A stretch of DNA of 64,000 nt from Armatimonadota bacterium (GCA_016199525.1 JACQGL010000205.1:712-64711), one strand, 5' to 3'; counted from the first letter of the stretch, positions 1-9,908 are shown. Notes: a model not told the origin generated them from the sequence alone. Numbers and translations: made by a program.

Positions 1-1761
1 CGGCTGGATACCAGCGAGCTGCAATCACGGGTGGATGAGCGGCGCGCGAACCGCACCATGGCGGAGCAGATGGCGGCTATATCGCAGCTCGAATACCAGC
101 AAGCCCTGGCCTCTGTGGCGCAGGCGCGCGCCGAAGTGACGAGCAAAGAGGGCGCCCTGGAGGAGGCCCGCCGCATGCACGCCAAAGCGCACGGAATGCT
201 TAAAGAGAACCAGGCTATGCTGGTGGAGGCCCGCAATGAGCTGCGAGCGATGCAGGCGGAACTCACCGCCGCCCAGCAGGAGCGCTCGGAAGCCGACGCG
301 ATGCTCCAATCCGCCCAGGCGATGCAACCAGAAGCGGAAGCGATGCTTGCCTCGATGCAGGCGGACCAGGCCTACTGGGTGAAAGAGATCGCCCGCATGA
401 AAGCGCTGCTGAATAAGGGCGCTGTGTCTCAGGAGGAGTTCCAGCGCGAGGAGGCGATGGCGAAGAGTGCCGATGCCAAGGTGCGGCAGGCAGAAGCCAA
501 ACTCCAGGCGGTTGGCAGCGACATCCGGGCGGCGCGCTCCCGGCTGGCTAAAACGGAGGCAATGGTCGAGAGCGCGCTGGCCAGGATTTCCCAGATGCAG
601 GCCCGCGTGCAGGGGTCGGAAGCACGCATCGAGCAGGCCCAGGCTGAGATCGGGACCCACGCAGGCCATATCAAGACCGCCGAGGGCGACCTGGAGGCGG
701 CGCGCGCCAACGTGCGCGCCATGCAGGCGATGGCCAACGCAGCGACAAAGAAGATCGGTCAGGCGCAGGCCGGAGTTCAGGAGGCGGCAGCGGCGCTCAC
801 TACCGCCAGCGTTGTCAAAGGCTACACCGAAATCCGCTCCCTGGTGGATGGCGTGGTCACCCAGCGGGTGATCAGCCCCGGAGTGCTGGTGAACCCTGGC
901 CAGCTGATCCTGAAGATCGCCCAGATCAGCCCCATCCGCCTGCAGGCGAACGTGGCGGAGGCAGACCTCGAGAAGGTGCGCGTGGGAGCGCGAGCTGCGG
1001 TGCGGAGTCAGAACCATACGGGCAAACCGGTGGTGGCTCGCGTGACGACCATCACCCCCGCGGTGGACCCGATAGCGCGGACGGGCGTAGTCGAGGCCGT
1101 GATCCCCAACCGGGACAGCCGCTTCCTGCCAGGCCAGTACGTGGTAATGGAAATCTCTACGGGGCGATCCGCGGACGCCCTGCGGGTGCCCGCCAGCGCC
1201 ATCCGGTGGCGCACTCCTCCCTCCGGCGGCGTCCTCTCCACTCAGCCCATGCCCTACGTGTGGGTGGCGGAACCCTCGGCGCGGGAGGGAGAATACGCCG
1301 TCCGCGCCGTGGACGTGCAGGTGGGACTCAGCAACGATACCTACGCCGAGATCCTCTCCGGCCTGGAAGAGGGGCAGCAGGTGGTGGTGGCGGGCTACCA
1401 GGACCTGCGGAACGGCGACACCGTGCTGTCCGTGGTGACCCCCGCTGGCGCCCAGCAGTACACCTGCCCCATGCACCCGGAGGTCGTTAAGGACCAGCCC
1501 GGGCGGTGTCCTAAGTGCGGGATGAACCTGGTGCCGCTGAAGGAGAAGGGTCAGGCAGGCACAGGGACAGCACCCCCGGCAGACCACGCACAGCACGCCG
1601 CACCGTCGCCCCAGAGGGATGACGCGCGGCCCGCCGCACCCGCCGCGGGAGCGGTGCGGTACGTCTGTCCGATGGATAAGGAGATCGTCCAGGACCAACC
1701 GGGCCGCTGTCCGAAGTGCGGCATGGAGCTGGTGCCACAGACGGAAGGGAAAGGACAATGA
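1..1761 (+). CDS. Heavy-metal RND efflux periplasmic adaptor (membrane fusion protein, CusB-like), 5' end open to the window edge. It has a Met-rich N-terminal coiled coil and two C-terminal CPMH..PGRCPKCGM metal-binding zinc-ribbon modules.
   Basis: ORF 31..1761 has no in-frame stop back to nt 1 and no N-terminal TM anchor in the window. It has a HlyD-like beta-barrel/lipoyl region and the motif YxCPMHPEV..PGRCPKCGM twice. Its stop overlaps the next start (ATGA). Confidence 0.8.
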   Translation, partial: RLDTSELQSRVDERRANRTMAEQMAAISQLEYQQALASVAQARAEVTSKEGALEEARRMHAKAHGMLKENQAMLVEARNELRAMQAELTAAQQERSEADAMLQSAQAMQPEAEAMLASMQADQAYWVKEIARMKALLNKGAVSQEEFQREEAMAKSADAKVRQAEAKLQAVGSDIRAARSRLAKTEAMVESALARISQMQARVQGSEARIEQAQAEIGTHAGHIKTAEGDLEAARANVRAMQAMANAATKKIGQAQAGVQEAAAALTTASVVKGYTEIRSLVDGVVTQRVISPGVLVNPGQLILKIAQISPIRLQANVAEADLEKVRVGARAAVRSQNHTGKPVVARVTTITPAVDPIARTGVVEAVIPNRDSRFLPGQYVVMEISTGRSADALRVPASAIRWRTPPSGGVLSTQPMPYVWVAEPSAREGEYAVRAVDVQVGLSNDTYAEILSGLEEGQQVVVAGYQDLRNGDTVLSVVTPAGAQQYTCPMHPEVVKDQPGRCPKCGMNLVPLKEKGQAGTGTAPPADHAQHAAPSPQRDDARPAAPAAGAVRYVCPMDKEIVQDQPGRCPKCGMELVPQTEGKGQ

Positions 1762-4700
1762 GTGAGCCGCGCCCTGAGGGTGTCCACCGCCCGCGCTACG
1801 AGGTGCGAGGCGTCACGCCCCTGCACCTGATCCACAAGTGGTCGATTGAGCACCCGTACGTGGTGATCGCCTTCTACGTGGCGGTGGTTGCGCTGGCCTG
1901 GCTGGCCATCACCCGCGCCATGCCGCGGCGCTTCGCCCCCTACGTGAAAAGCCCCCTCATCGGCGTGGTCACCATGATGCCGGGCCTCTCCGCTCAGGAG
2001 ATGGAGATCTACATCAGCAAGCCGATCGAGGAGCAGCTGGTCAACATCAAGGGGCTGCGTTATATCCGCTCCACCTCGCAGGATGGCTTTTCCCTCGTTT
2101 CCCTGGAGTTCCACTACGGGACGGATGTGGAAAAGGCAATCTTCGACGTGCAGGCGCTGATGAACGTGATCCAGGCAAACCTGCCGGCCACCGGCGCCAA
2201 CCTGAAGCCGTCCTGGGTGGTTGCCATCGACCCCCTTAACATCCCGATCCTCTCCCTCAGCCTGCGCGGGGACCCGGCGCAGGGCTGGGACGAGCTGCGC
2301 GTGCGGGAGTTCGCGGATAACACGGTGGTCAACCGGCTTAAGGAGATCACCAGCGTCTACTCGGTGGTGCCGTTCGGGGGCTACCGGCGGCAGCTCCAGG
2401 TAATTGTGGACCGCAATAGGCTGGCGGCCTATCGGCTCTCGATCCTGGACGTGAAGAATGCAATCGACCGCTTCAACGTAACCCGCGCCGCGGGCACGCT
2501 GACCTACGGGCCGTACGAGGGCATCGTGCGCGTGGATACCCGCGCATTGCAAGCGGAAGACGTGCTCAACTATCCGCTTACCAGCGTGACACCGGGCGCG
2601 GCCGCGCTCACCAGTGGCACGGCAGGCGGCGGTATGGGCGGCAGTACGGGCGGCGGCATGGGCGCGATGGGCGGTGGCGCTGAGACCCTTCCTCTCACCC
2701 CTCCCCTATCAGGCGAGGGGCCGGGGGAGAGGTTGGGATCGGCGGCCTCGCCCCGCATCGTCTATATCCGCGACGTGGCGCGGGTGATAGACACCCACTG
2801 GGAGCGCCGCAGTGCCTACCACTACCTCAAGCACGACCCGGGAGCGCCGGGCGAGGTGATTCCCTCCGTGGAGGTCTCCATCATCCAGGACCCGGGCGCC
2901 AGCTCGGCGACGGTGGTCCCCGCGGTGATGAAGGTCGTGGAGAAGCTGAAGAATGATAACCCTGGCCTCACGTTCGAGGTAGCCTACGACAACGCCCACT
3001 TCGTGAACATCCTGTTTGAAAACGTCTGGCACGAGCTGCTGATAGCCATCCTCCTCACCGGCATCGCTGTGCTCTTCTTCCTGGGGGAGTGGCGAGGCAC
3101 ATTGATCGCGATGGTCACCCTCCCCACCTCGCTGGGCTTCGCCGTGCTGCTGATGGTGCCGTGGGGAATGACGTTCAACAGCGGCACGCTCATCGGCCTG
3201 CTGCTCTCCATCGGCCGGCTGGTGGACGACAGCATCATCGACATCCACGCTGTGGAGCGCCACCTGCGCATGGGTAAGGACCCGAAGACCGCCACCATCG
3301 ATGGCATCGCCGAGGTGCGGCTGGCGGTGCTCGCCTCCACGTTAATGATGGTCCTGGCGATGACGCCGCTGCTGTTCACGGGCGGCATCACGCAGCTGAT
3401 GTTCCGGGAGCTGGTGTGGCCGATCATCTTCGGCCTGCTGGCCTCGATGCTCGTCTCCTTCACGCTCACCGCCCTCCTGTGCGCCAACCTGCTGCGCCAC
3501 GAGGAGGCGCGCGAGGTGGATCGGCGGCATCCCGTACTGCGCTGGCTCTACGTACCACTGGATCCGTTCCAGCGACTCCTGGATCGCCTCGAGGCAGGCT
3601 ACAGTCGCCTCATCAGGTGGATGCTGCGGAACCGGTTTAGCAACCTCGCCCGCATCATGGCGACGGTGATCCTGGGGTTCACTTTCTACTACTTCATCGG
3701 CAGCGAGATGATGCCACTGGCGGACGTGGGTCAGGCGAGCGGCCTCCTGGAGATGGCGCCGGGGACCTCCTTCGCGCAAACGGAGCGCGCGGTGCAGCAG
3801 CTCGAGCGGATTATGCTCAAGTACCCCGAACTGGAGAAGGCCAGCATCGAGATCGGCCAGGAAACGATGTTCGAGAGCTTCACCCCGTTCTACACTGGCT
3901 ACCAGATGCCGCAGACGAACGCCGCCGCGATGATGCTTACCTTTAGCGATAAGGATGACCGCAAACGCAGCATCTTCAAGGTGATAGATGGCATCCATAA
4001 AGAGGCACTGGCCACCATCCCCGGTATCCGGCGGCTGCAGATCAAGGAGATGGGCTCGGACGTGATGGCCACCGCTGCGGCACCCATCCACGTCAATATC
4101 TATGGCCCCGACCTCCAGGAGCTGGACCGGCTGGGCCGGGAGGTGGAGCAGGTGGCCCGGAAGATGTCCACCGATCTGTACCAGCCGGCGACCACCTGGG
4201 CCATGGGAGTGCCCGACTACCAGATCCGCGTCGATCCGCAGCGGGCGCAAGAGGTGGGCCTCTCTCCCGAGAACATCTCCCAGCAAGCCTACTATGCCCT
4301 GCGTGGCGGTCTCACCAACGAGTTCTACCGCCTGCCAAACCTGCGGCAGAACACCATCCTCGTCCGCTACGAGGCGGAGGAGCGGCGGGGGCCGCAGGAT
4401 CTGGAGAACCTGTACCTGACTACCGCGGATGGGCGGCAGGTGCCCCTGAAATCGGTGGCCACGGTGGAGCGTCACGTGGCGCCCACAGTAATCGAGCACG
4501 ACGGCCTGCGGCGCGTCCTCGGCATCACGGGCTACTACCGGATCGGCCACCTCCCCTCCATGGACGTGGTCATGGAGCTGGTGGCGAACGCCTATCGGGA
4601 AGTCAACTTCCCGCCCGGCTACGGCATGGAGATGCGGGGCGACATGACCCAGATGATGGACAGCTTCCGGCGGCTGCTTACCGGCCTGGGGCTGGCGCTC

Positions 4701-5258
4701 ATCTTCATGTATCTGGTGCTGGTGGCGCAGTTCCGCGGCTTCCTCCAGCCCTTGCAGATGATCGCCTCCCTGCCCCTGGAGCTGGCGGGGGTCTTCTTTG
4801 CCCTCTGGCTGGCGGGGCAGGCGTTCTCCACCGTCTCCATCCTGGGCATCATCGTCCTCACCGGTATGGACATCACCACCGCCGTACTGCTCATCGACAT
4901 GATCATGCGCTACCGGGATCGCGGCGTACCGCGGGACCAGGCGATTATCGAGGCGTGCCCGCAGCGGCTCCGGCCGATCCTGATGACGTCCATGATCAGC
5001 ATGATCGTCCTTCTGCCGGTGGCGCTGGCGCCGAAAACAGGGCTGGATGCCTATCAGCCCCTGGCCACGGCGGTGGTGGGTGGCCTGGCGGTGGGGACCG
5101 TTCTGAGCCTCCTGGACATCCCGATCATGCACACTTACGTGGATGACTTCATCCGGTGGCTCAACCGCACGATCCTAAACCGGGAGTGGCACTGGCCGGT
5201 GACAGCGTCATCCGAAGAAGGTGCCGCGCCGGGCAGCCCGCCGGCAGGAGGGCATTGA
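1758..5258 (+). CDS. RND efflux permease (AcrB/CusA/CzcA superfamily, probably heavy-metal HME type)
   Basis: ~1167 aa with a 12-TM RND architecture and large periplasmic loops. ATG at 1758 overlaps the adaptor stop, with GGAAAGGA as RBS. It carries a Gly/Met-rich low-complexity insert. Confidence 0.9.
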   Translation: MSEPRPEGVHRPRYEVRGVTPLHLIHKWSIEHPYVVIAFYVAVVALAWLAITRAMPRRFAPYVKSPLIGVVTMMPGLSAQEMEIYISKPIEEQLVNIKGLRYIRSTSQDGFSLVSLEFHYGTDVEKAIFDVQALMNVIQANLPATGANLKPSWVVAIDPLNIPILSLSLRGDPAQGWDELRVREFADNTVVNRLKEITSVYSVVPFGGYRRQLQVIVDRNRLAAYRLSILDVKNAIDRFNVTRAAGTLTYGPYEGIVRVDTRALQAEDVLNYPLTSVTPGAAALTSGTAGGGMGGSTGGGMGAMGGGAETLPLTPPLSGEGPGERLGSAASPRIVYIRDVARVIDTHWERRSAYHYLKHDPGAPGEVIPSVEVSIIQDPGASSATVVPAVMKVVEKLKNDNPGLTFEVAYDNAHFVNILFENVWHELLIAILLTGIAVLFFLGEWRGTLIAMVTLPTSLGFAVLLMVPWGMTFNSGTLIGLLLSIGRLVDDSIIDIHAVERHLRMGKDPKTATIDGIAEVRLAVLASTLMMVLAMTPLLFTGGITQLMFRELVWPIIFGLLASMLVSFTLTALLCANLLRHEEAREVDRRHPVLRWLYVPLDPFQRLLDRLEAGYSRLIRWMLRNRFSNLARIMATVILGFTFYYFIGSEMMPLADVGQASGLLEMAPGTSFAQTERAVQQLERIMLKYPELEKASIEIGQETMFESFTPFYTGYQMPQTNAAAMMLTFSDKDDRKRSIFKVIDGIHKEALATIPGIRRLQIKEMGSDVMATAAAPIHVNIYGPDLQELDRLGREVEQVARKMSTDLYQPATTWAMGVPDYQIRVDPQRAQEVGLSPENISQQAYYALRGGLTNEFYRLPNLRQNTILVRYEAEERRGPQDLENLYLTTADGRQVPLKSVATVERHVAPTVIEHDGLRRVLGITGYYRIGHLPSMDVVMELVANAYREVNFPPGYGMEMRGDMTQMMDSFRRLLTGLGLALIFMYLVLVAQFRGFLQPLQMIASLPLELAGVFFALWLAGQAFSTVSILGIIVLTGMDITTAVLLIDMIMRYRDRGVPRDQAIIEACPQRLRPILMTSMISMIVLLPVALAPKTGLDAYQPLATAVVGGLAVGTVLSLLDIPIMHTYVDDFIRWLNRTILNREWHWPVTASSEEGAAPGSPPAGGH

Positions 5259-5953
5259 TGGATACGCAAGAACGCAGCGAAGCTACCACTCCGGGACGCG
5301 GAGACAGCAAGACCCGACGCCGCAGTGACGGTGCCACGGCGCCGCGTGTCCCCGCGGCGGGAGCGTCCGCCGGGAGCCGCACACCCGAACGCCGGCTCAC
5401 CTCCACGCTTTTGGGTTTCTGGTTCGGGCCGGGGCTACTGCTCGCGCTCCTCGCCATCGTGATCGTTGCCCCCCACCTGCCCTCCGGGGGCAGGGGCGAC
5501 GTTTCATTCCCAACCTACCAACAGTCCGGGGACCACAATCGGCCGCCGTCGGCCACCGCATTGCAAGGGGTGACGGCCATAGACGCCGTGCCCGAGCCGG
5601 ATTGGCTTCTGGGCCAGCGGCACGCGCTGCGCCTGACCGCGTCCCAGGTGAGCCGGCTCCGCCGGTTGCAGACCCGTTGGCAGCGCGAGACGCGCGCGCT
5701 GCGAGAGGCGCTGGACCAGGCATCCGCCGACTTCGATCGGGCGATGTCCGAAAACAAGGGGCAGGTTACCACGATCATGCAGCTCCGGGAACGTGCCGCG
5801 CCGGTAACGCAACTCTCTCGACAGCTCTCGGATGCCCGCCGCGCCTGGTGGGACGAAGCGTCCCGCGCGCTCAGTGCCGCGCAGCGGCAGAGCGCGGAAA
5901 GATTATGGACCGCTCGCTGGACGAAGCGCACGGATGACAAGGAGTCTCGCTGA
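5258..5953 (+). CDS. Small periplasmic LTXXQ-motif protein (CpxP/Spy/ZraP-like) with one N-terminal TM or signal anchor
   Basis: TGATG overlap with the RND stop. It has a hydrophobic segment LLGFWFGPGLLLALLAIVIVA and motifs LTASQVSRLRRLQ and LSAAQRQ in a helical, charged C-terminal half. Confidence 0.6.
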   Translation: MDTQERSEATTPGRGDSKTRRRSDGATAPRVPAAGASAGSRTPERRLTSTLLGFWFGPGLLLALLAIVIVAPHLPSGGRGDVSFPTYQQSGDHNRPPSATALQGVTAIDAVPEPDWLLGQRHALRLTASQVSRLRRLQTRWQRETRALREALDQASADFDRAMSENKGQVTTIMQLRERAAPVTQLSRQLSDARRAWWDEASRALSAAQRQSAERLWTARWTKRTDDKESR

Positions 5954-7476
5954 TGAAATCGTTACCGCTGCTTTCGCTGTTGGGCGCGGCCGCTTTGGCG
6001 ATGTCACCCGCATTTGGGGCGCCTGAGACCGGCGTGTCCGATCACCAGAAGCCGCCCGCAGCGACGGCAGAGGCAGTGCTTGCCAGGCGCCCGATCATCA
6101 ACCAACCGCTGACTCTGGATCAGGCGGTTGAGATCGGGCTGCGCGAGAGTCCGGTCACCCGTGGTGCGGTTCAGGAGGTGGAAGCGGCGGTGGCCCGCGT
6201 GGCGGCGGCGCGGGCAGAGCTCCGCCCCTGGGCGTCGATCAACACTTTTGTCGCCGGTGGCAGCGCCGCCAACGTGGTGGGCAGCAGCGACCCTGTGCAG
6301 CCGCGGATGTTGATGGGGGTGCCCGGCGGCAGCTTTTTCGATCAGAACGTCAGCCTGATGGTCCCCCTGTTCACGGGCGGCCGCCTCCCGGCGATGGTCC
6401 GGCAGGCGCGGGCGCTCCAGCAGGCTTCGCAGGCGGATCTGGCAGCGATGCGCCAGGAGGTCGTGCTGATGGTACGGGTGGCCTATCGGGAGGCGCAGGC
6501 GCGGCGGAGCTTTGTAGATATCTACCGCGCCACACTCGCTGCTCACGTGGAGCGGCAGCGGATCGATCAGGTGGCCTACGAGGAAGGGAAGATTCCGCAC
6601 TTCTATGTCCTGCGAAATGTGGCCGAGGTAGCCAACAGCCAGCAGCTGCTCACGTATGCAGAACGGGACCTGGACGTGAGCCTGATTGAGTTGAAGACGG
6701 TGATGGGCGTGCACCTGGATTCTCGCCTGGAGCTGACGGACCCGCTGAAGTTCGAACCGAGCCACACCATCACCGCCGCCTACACGGGGGAGCGGGCGGC
6801 GGATACATTGGCGCGCGCTGCCGACGGCGCCACGGAAGCTCCAACGCTCGCGCAGCTATTGGAGGTGGCCGCGCGCCACCGTCCCGAACTCGCCGCCGCC
6901 GCCCGGCGGGTGGATGCCAGCCTAGCGGAGGTGAACGTTGCACGTAGCGCCTACCAGCCGCAGATTAGTGCCGGCGTGATGGGCGATTTTATGAAGATGC
7001 GCGGGGCCTCGCCCTTTGGTGGGACCACGTTCTCGGTCGTCGCCTCGCTTCCCATCCTGGACGGCGGCGTGCGCAAGGCGCGGCTGCGCGAGTCGCGGGC
7101 GGAAGCGAAGCGGATGGAGGAGGAGCGCCAGCAGGTAGCCCTCCGGGTGGGTCAGGAGGTGGCATCGGTCTCGCTGAACTTGCGTGCCGCGGAAAAGAAC
7201 GTGCAGGCAGCCCAGACGGGGGTAACCTCCGCCGAAGAGGATTACCGTGTGTCCCTGCTGCGCTATACGGAGGGCAAGGGTATCAACCTGGAGCCACTCG
7301 ACGCCCTCGCCGCGCAGGTGCGCGCTCAGAACAACCTTGTCCAGGCGCTGTTCGACTACAACGTGGCGCAGGACCAACTAGCACGCGCCCTGGGGATGCT
7401 GCCGACGCCTGGCGGCGCGCCAACAACCGGAGCACCAACGGAACAGGGAAGCGCGGCGGGCGCGGGAAACGGGTAG
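5953..7476 (+). CDS. Outer membrane efflux protein (TolC/CusC-like outer membrane factor)
   Basis: Signal peptide MKSLPLLSLLGAAALAMSPAFGAPE. ~500 aa with the two-repeat coiled-coil architecture typical of outer membrane factors. TGATG coupling to the upstream gene. Confidence 0.85.
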   Translation: MKSLPLLSLLGAAALAMSPAFGAPETGVSDHQKPPAATAEAVLARRPIINQPLTLDQAVEIGLRESPVTRGAVQEVEAAVARVAAARAELRPWASINTFVAGGSAANVVGSSDPVQPRMLMGVPGGSFFDQNVSLMVPLFTGGRLPAMVRQARALQQASQADLAAMRQEVVLMVRVAYREAQARRSFVDIYRATLAAHVERQRIDQVAYEEGKIPHFYVLRNVAEVANSQQLLTYAERDLDVSLIELKTVMGVHLDSRLELTDPLKFEPSHTITAAYTGERAADTLARAADGATEAPTLAQLLEVAARHRPELAAAARRVDASLAEVNVARSAYQPQISAGVMGDFMKMRGASPFGGTTFSVVASLPILDGGVRKARLRESRAEAKRMEEERQQVALRVGQEVASVSLNLRAAEKNVQAAQTGVTSAEEDYRVSLLRYTEGKGINLEPLDALAAQVRAQNNLVQALFDYNVAQDQLARALGMLPTPGGAPTTGAPTEQGSAAGAGNG

Positions 7477-7566
7477 GCGATGAGCAGAAGGCCACCTGGC
7501 GAGGCCCGGTGGCCTGGAGGTGGCTCGTTGGGGATTGGGCCTGGTACGCGCCGAAAACGGGGGCTG

Positions 7567-8385
7567 ATGTGGCGGGTGGCAGCGGCGACGCTTGTGCTGG
7601 CAGTCGTCAGCGCGAGCGCCCTCCCGGGAGCCCCCGGGGGAGCGGTGCAGGAGGTTACGGCCGACCTGATCCCGGCCGTGCCTCCGGAGCGCGTGTCGCC
7701 CCGGAACCTGGAGCGAATCACCCGCCGCTACCTGGGTACCCGCTACCTGCGGGATGCCCTCGGCGAGCAGCAGGGGCCGGATCCGGACCCCGTGTTCCGG
7801 CGGGACGGCGTGGACTGCCAGACCTTCGTTGAGCAAACCCTGGCGGAGGCCCTGGCGACCACGCCCGCGGAGGTGCGCTGCACCCTTATCCGGCTGCGCT
7901 ACCACGGCGGTAAAGTGCGCCTGGACCGCCGGTTCCACTATTGCCTCCCTGAGTGGCTGGATAATCCCTGGCCTGTGCGCGACATGACGCGCGCTATTGC
8001 CGGCCGTCGCGTCCAGCAGTTGCGGGTGACGATCCAGCGCGAGCGCTTCCTCCGGCGGCGTGGCTGCTCTCCCGAGGTGGCGCGGCAGTACCCTCCCCTC
8101 TCCGTCCGCACCCACTACATCCCATCCACCTCCGTTCCCTGGCTCCAGAGGCGCCTGCCGGACGGCGGCATCGCGGTATTTATCCTGCGGGTCCCGAAAG
8201 CTTTCGGGATGGCGGGCCACATGGGCTGGCTGTTCCGCCGTGGGAACCACGTGATCCTGCGACACGCCAGCCAGCGCCAGGGCCGCGTGGTGGATGAGTC
8301 CCTGCTCGGCTTCCTGCGCCGCGGGCAGCACCGGTTCAGAGGGCTGGTGGTTCTGCAACCGGACGTGGCCCGCTGGAGAGGGTGA
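7567..8385 (+). CDS. Secreted hypothetical protein (possibly DUF1460 / amidase-like). An alternative start is at 7480.
   Basis: Signal peptide MWRVAAATLVLAVVSASALP. No recognisable catalytic motifs. It contains one in-frame copy of the CCCGAAAGCTTTCGGG palindrome, read as VPKAFG. Confidence 0.5.
   Translation: MWRVAAATLVLAVVSASALPGAPGGAVQEVTADLIPAVPPERVSPRNLERITRRYLGTRYLRDALGEQQGPDPDPVFRRDGVDCQTFVEQTLAEALATTPAEVRCTLIRLRYHGGKVRLDRRFHYCLPEWLDNPWPVRDMTRAIAGRRVQQLRVTIQRERFLRRRGCSPEVARQYPPLSVRTHYIPSTSVPWLQRRLPDGGIAVFILRVPKAFGMAGHMGWLFRRGNHVILRHASQRQGRVVDESLLGFLRRGQHRFRGLVVLQPDVARWRG
8192..8209. repeat. Palindromic repeat copy TCCCGAAAGCTTTCGGGA (inside a CDS)
   Basis: Perfect 18-bp palindrome with an AAGCTT core. 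Confidence 0.9.
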
Positions 8386-8424
8386 ATCCGAAGGGCAAGG
8401 CACGCTGATTGGCAGAGGGAACTG

Positions 8425-8444
8425 GCCCCGAAAGCTTTCGGGGC
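8425..8444. repeat. Palindromic repeat copy GCCCCGAAAGCTTTCGGGGC (convergent intergenic, possibly a bidirectional terminator-like hairpin)
   Basis: Perfect 20-bp palindrome lying between the stops of convergent genes. Confidence 0.9.
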
Positions 8445-8450
8445 TGGTCT

Positions 8451-9908
8451 CTATCCCTCGTCCCGCGGGCCGGATCGAGGCCGCGGTTCCATCGAAGCCC
8501 GTGCGTGCGAGGCCGCCAGCTCCACGCAGATGCGATCCACCCAGATCAGGCCCAGCTGTGTCCACGCGGTCACGAGCAGGGGTTGGGAGTCGCGCAGCAT
8601 CTCATCTTCCAGATGCACTTCCAACGTCCTCTCACGGGCCTGGCCACGCGCATCCGGCAGATCCCAGGCGTTCCCGCGCCAGGTGAGCCGCAGCGGTGGG
8701 CCGGGGGGAACGAGCGGGTGGAGCGCCAGGTGGTAGGCGATTCCCGGAGAGATGGGGGCAGCGAACCGCAGGACGGCTTGGAATCGCGTGCCGTCCCGCC
8801 GCACTACCAGGCCGACCAGGTCTCCCGCGGGCACGGCGGCCCGCAAGGGCGCGTCACCGCGCGGGTAGCGGGAGCGGAACACCCCGGGCATCGCCAGGCC
8901 GTCCTGGGCCAACCCCAGCGAGGCATCCGCGGGCGAGAGCGGCGATAACTGCTCGAACAGCTCGTTCGTGCGCAAGAAGCTGTGCAGGAACCGGCCGATG
9001 CAGCGCATCTGGCTCCGGTGGCGTGCCGTGGCGCGCCGCTTGGCGATTCTTTCCTCCGCGGTGAGCGGCAGCGTTGCCCAATCGCCGTGCGCCAGGTGCG
9101 CGGGGGGGCCCAGCGGGAACTTCTCCCACCTCCCCTGCGGCACGGGCCAATCGCCATGATGAGTCAGGTAGCTGTATACGCCCCGCAATTCGTCGTCCCA
9201 GGCCCCATTGGGGCGGGCGCGGAGCGCCGCGGTAAGCAGGCAGAACGTGGCCCAGTGATCTCCGTGGTCATCCTGGGGATGAGGCGCGTAGATACGCGTG
9301 GGGCGCTCACGGCGCAGAGCTTCGGAGAGATCATCCAGCACCGCCCGGGCGCAGTACGGCGTTCCTGGCTGCCGGGCGTTCTCATACGGCACCCTGTCCG
9401 CCTGCGTGTAGCGGGAGCGGTAGGGCTGGTCGGGCGACCAGTGCGTCAACCACAGCTCGTGCAGACCACCATCGGGGTAACCAAGGAAGATGGCAGTTTC
9501 GTGCGGCAGGCCGAGTTCCGTGAGGGCAGCACGCGTCTCCTGCTGACGCACCGTTCCCAGCAGCCGGCAGGCGCGCCACAGGCCTCCCACGCCGCGCATC
9601 TCGCTGTAGGCGGCGAATGGGAAGCCATCCCCGTGGGTGAGGAACACGATCCTCACCCGCGCCCCGACGGCGACGGCGCGCTGCAGCAGACCGCCGAGGG
9701 CCAGAACCTCGTCGTCCGGATGGGGACAGAGGACGAGGAGGCGATCTTCGGGGCCGGGCGGCGAGTGAAGGGGACGATCGCCGTTGCGTGCCCGCAGGTT
9801 GGCGGCGTAAGCGCGCACCGCCGCGGCCGTCCCATAGAGCGGCGACCTGGCCACCAGTCCCACATACGCCCCCACCGGGAGGCGGACCTTCGGTCTTTCA
9901 GCCCTCAT
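8451..9908 (-). CDS. PIG-L/LmbE family N-acetylglucosaminyl deacetylase with a C-terminal extension of ~230 aa
   Basis: Motif LVLCPHPDDEVLALGG and the HxDH pattern typical of the LmbE fold. Confidence 0.75.
   Translation of the reverse strand: MRAERPKVRLPVGAYVGLVARSPLYGTAAAVRAYAANLRARNGDRPLHSPPGPEDRLLVLCPHPDDEVLALGGLLQRAVAVGARVRIVFLTHGDGFPFAAYSEMRGVGGLWRACRLLGTVRQQETRAALTELGLPHETAIFLGYPDGGLHELWLTHWSPDQPYRSRYTQADRVPYENARQPGTPYCARAVLDDLSEALRRERPTRIYAPHPQDDHGDHWATFCLLTAALRARPNGAWDDELRGVYSYLTHHGDWPVPQGRWEKFPLGPPAHLAHGDWATLPLTAEERIAKRRATARHRSQMRCIGRFLHSFLRTNELFEQLSPLSPADASLGLAQDGLAMPGVFRSRYPRGDAPLRAAVPAGDLVGLVVRRDGTRFQAVLRFAAPISPGIAYHLALHPLVPPGPPLRLTWRGNAWDLPDARGQARERTLEVHLEDEMLRDSQPLLVTAWTQLGLIWVDRICVELAASHARASMEPRPRSGPRDEG

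Noticed and set aside
25-1758. 577-aa ORF antisense to the periplasmic adaptor gene
   Set aside because: Arg/His/Gly-rich translation typical of the reverse strand of a GC-rich gene. It fully overlaps a well-supported CDS.
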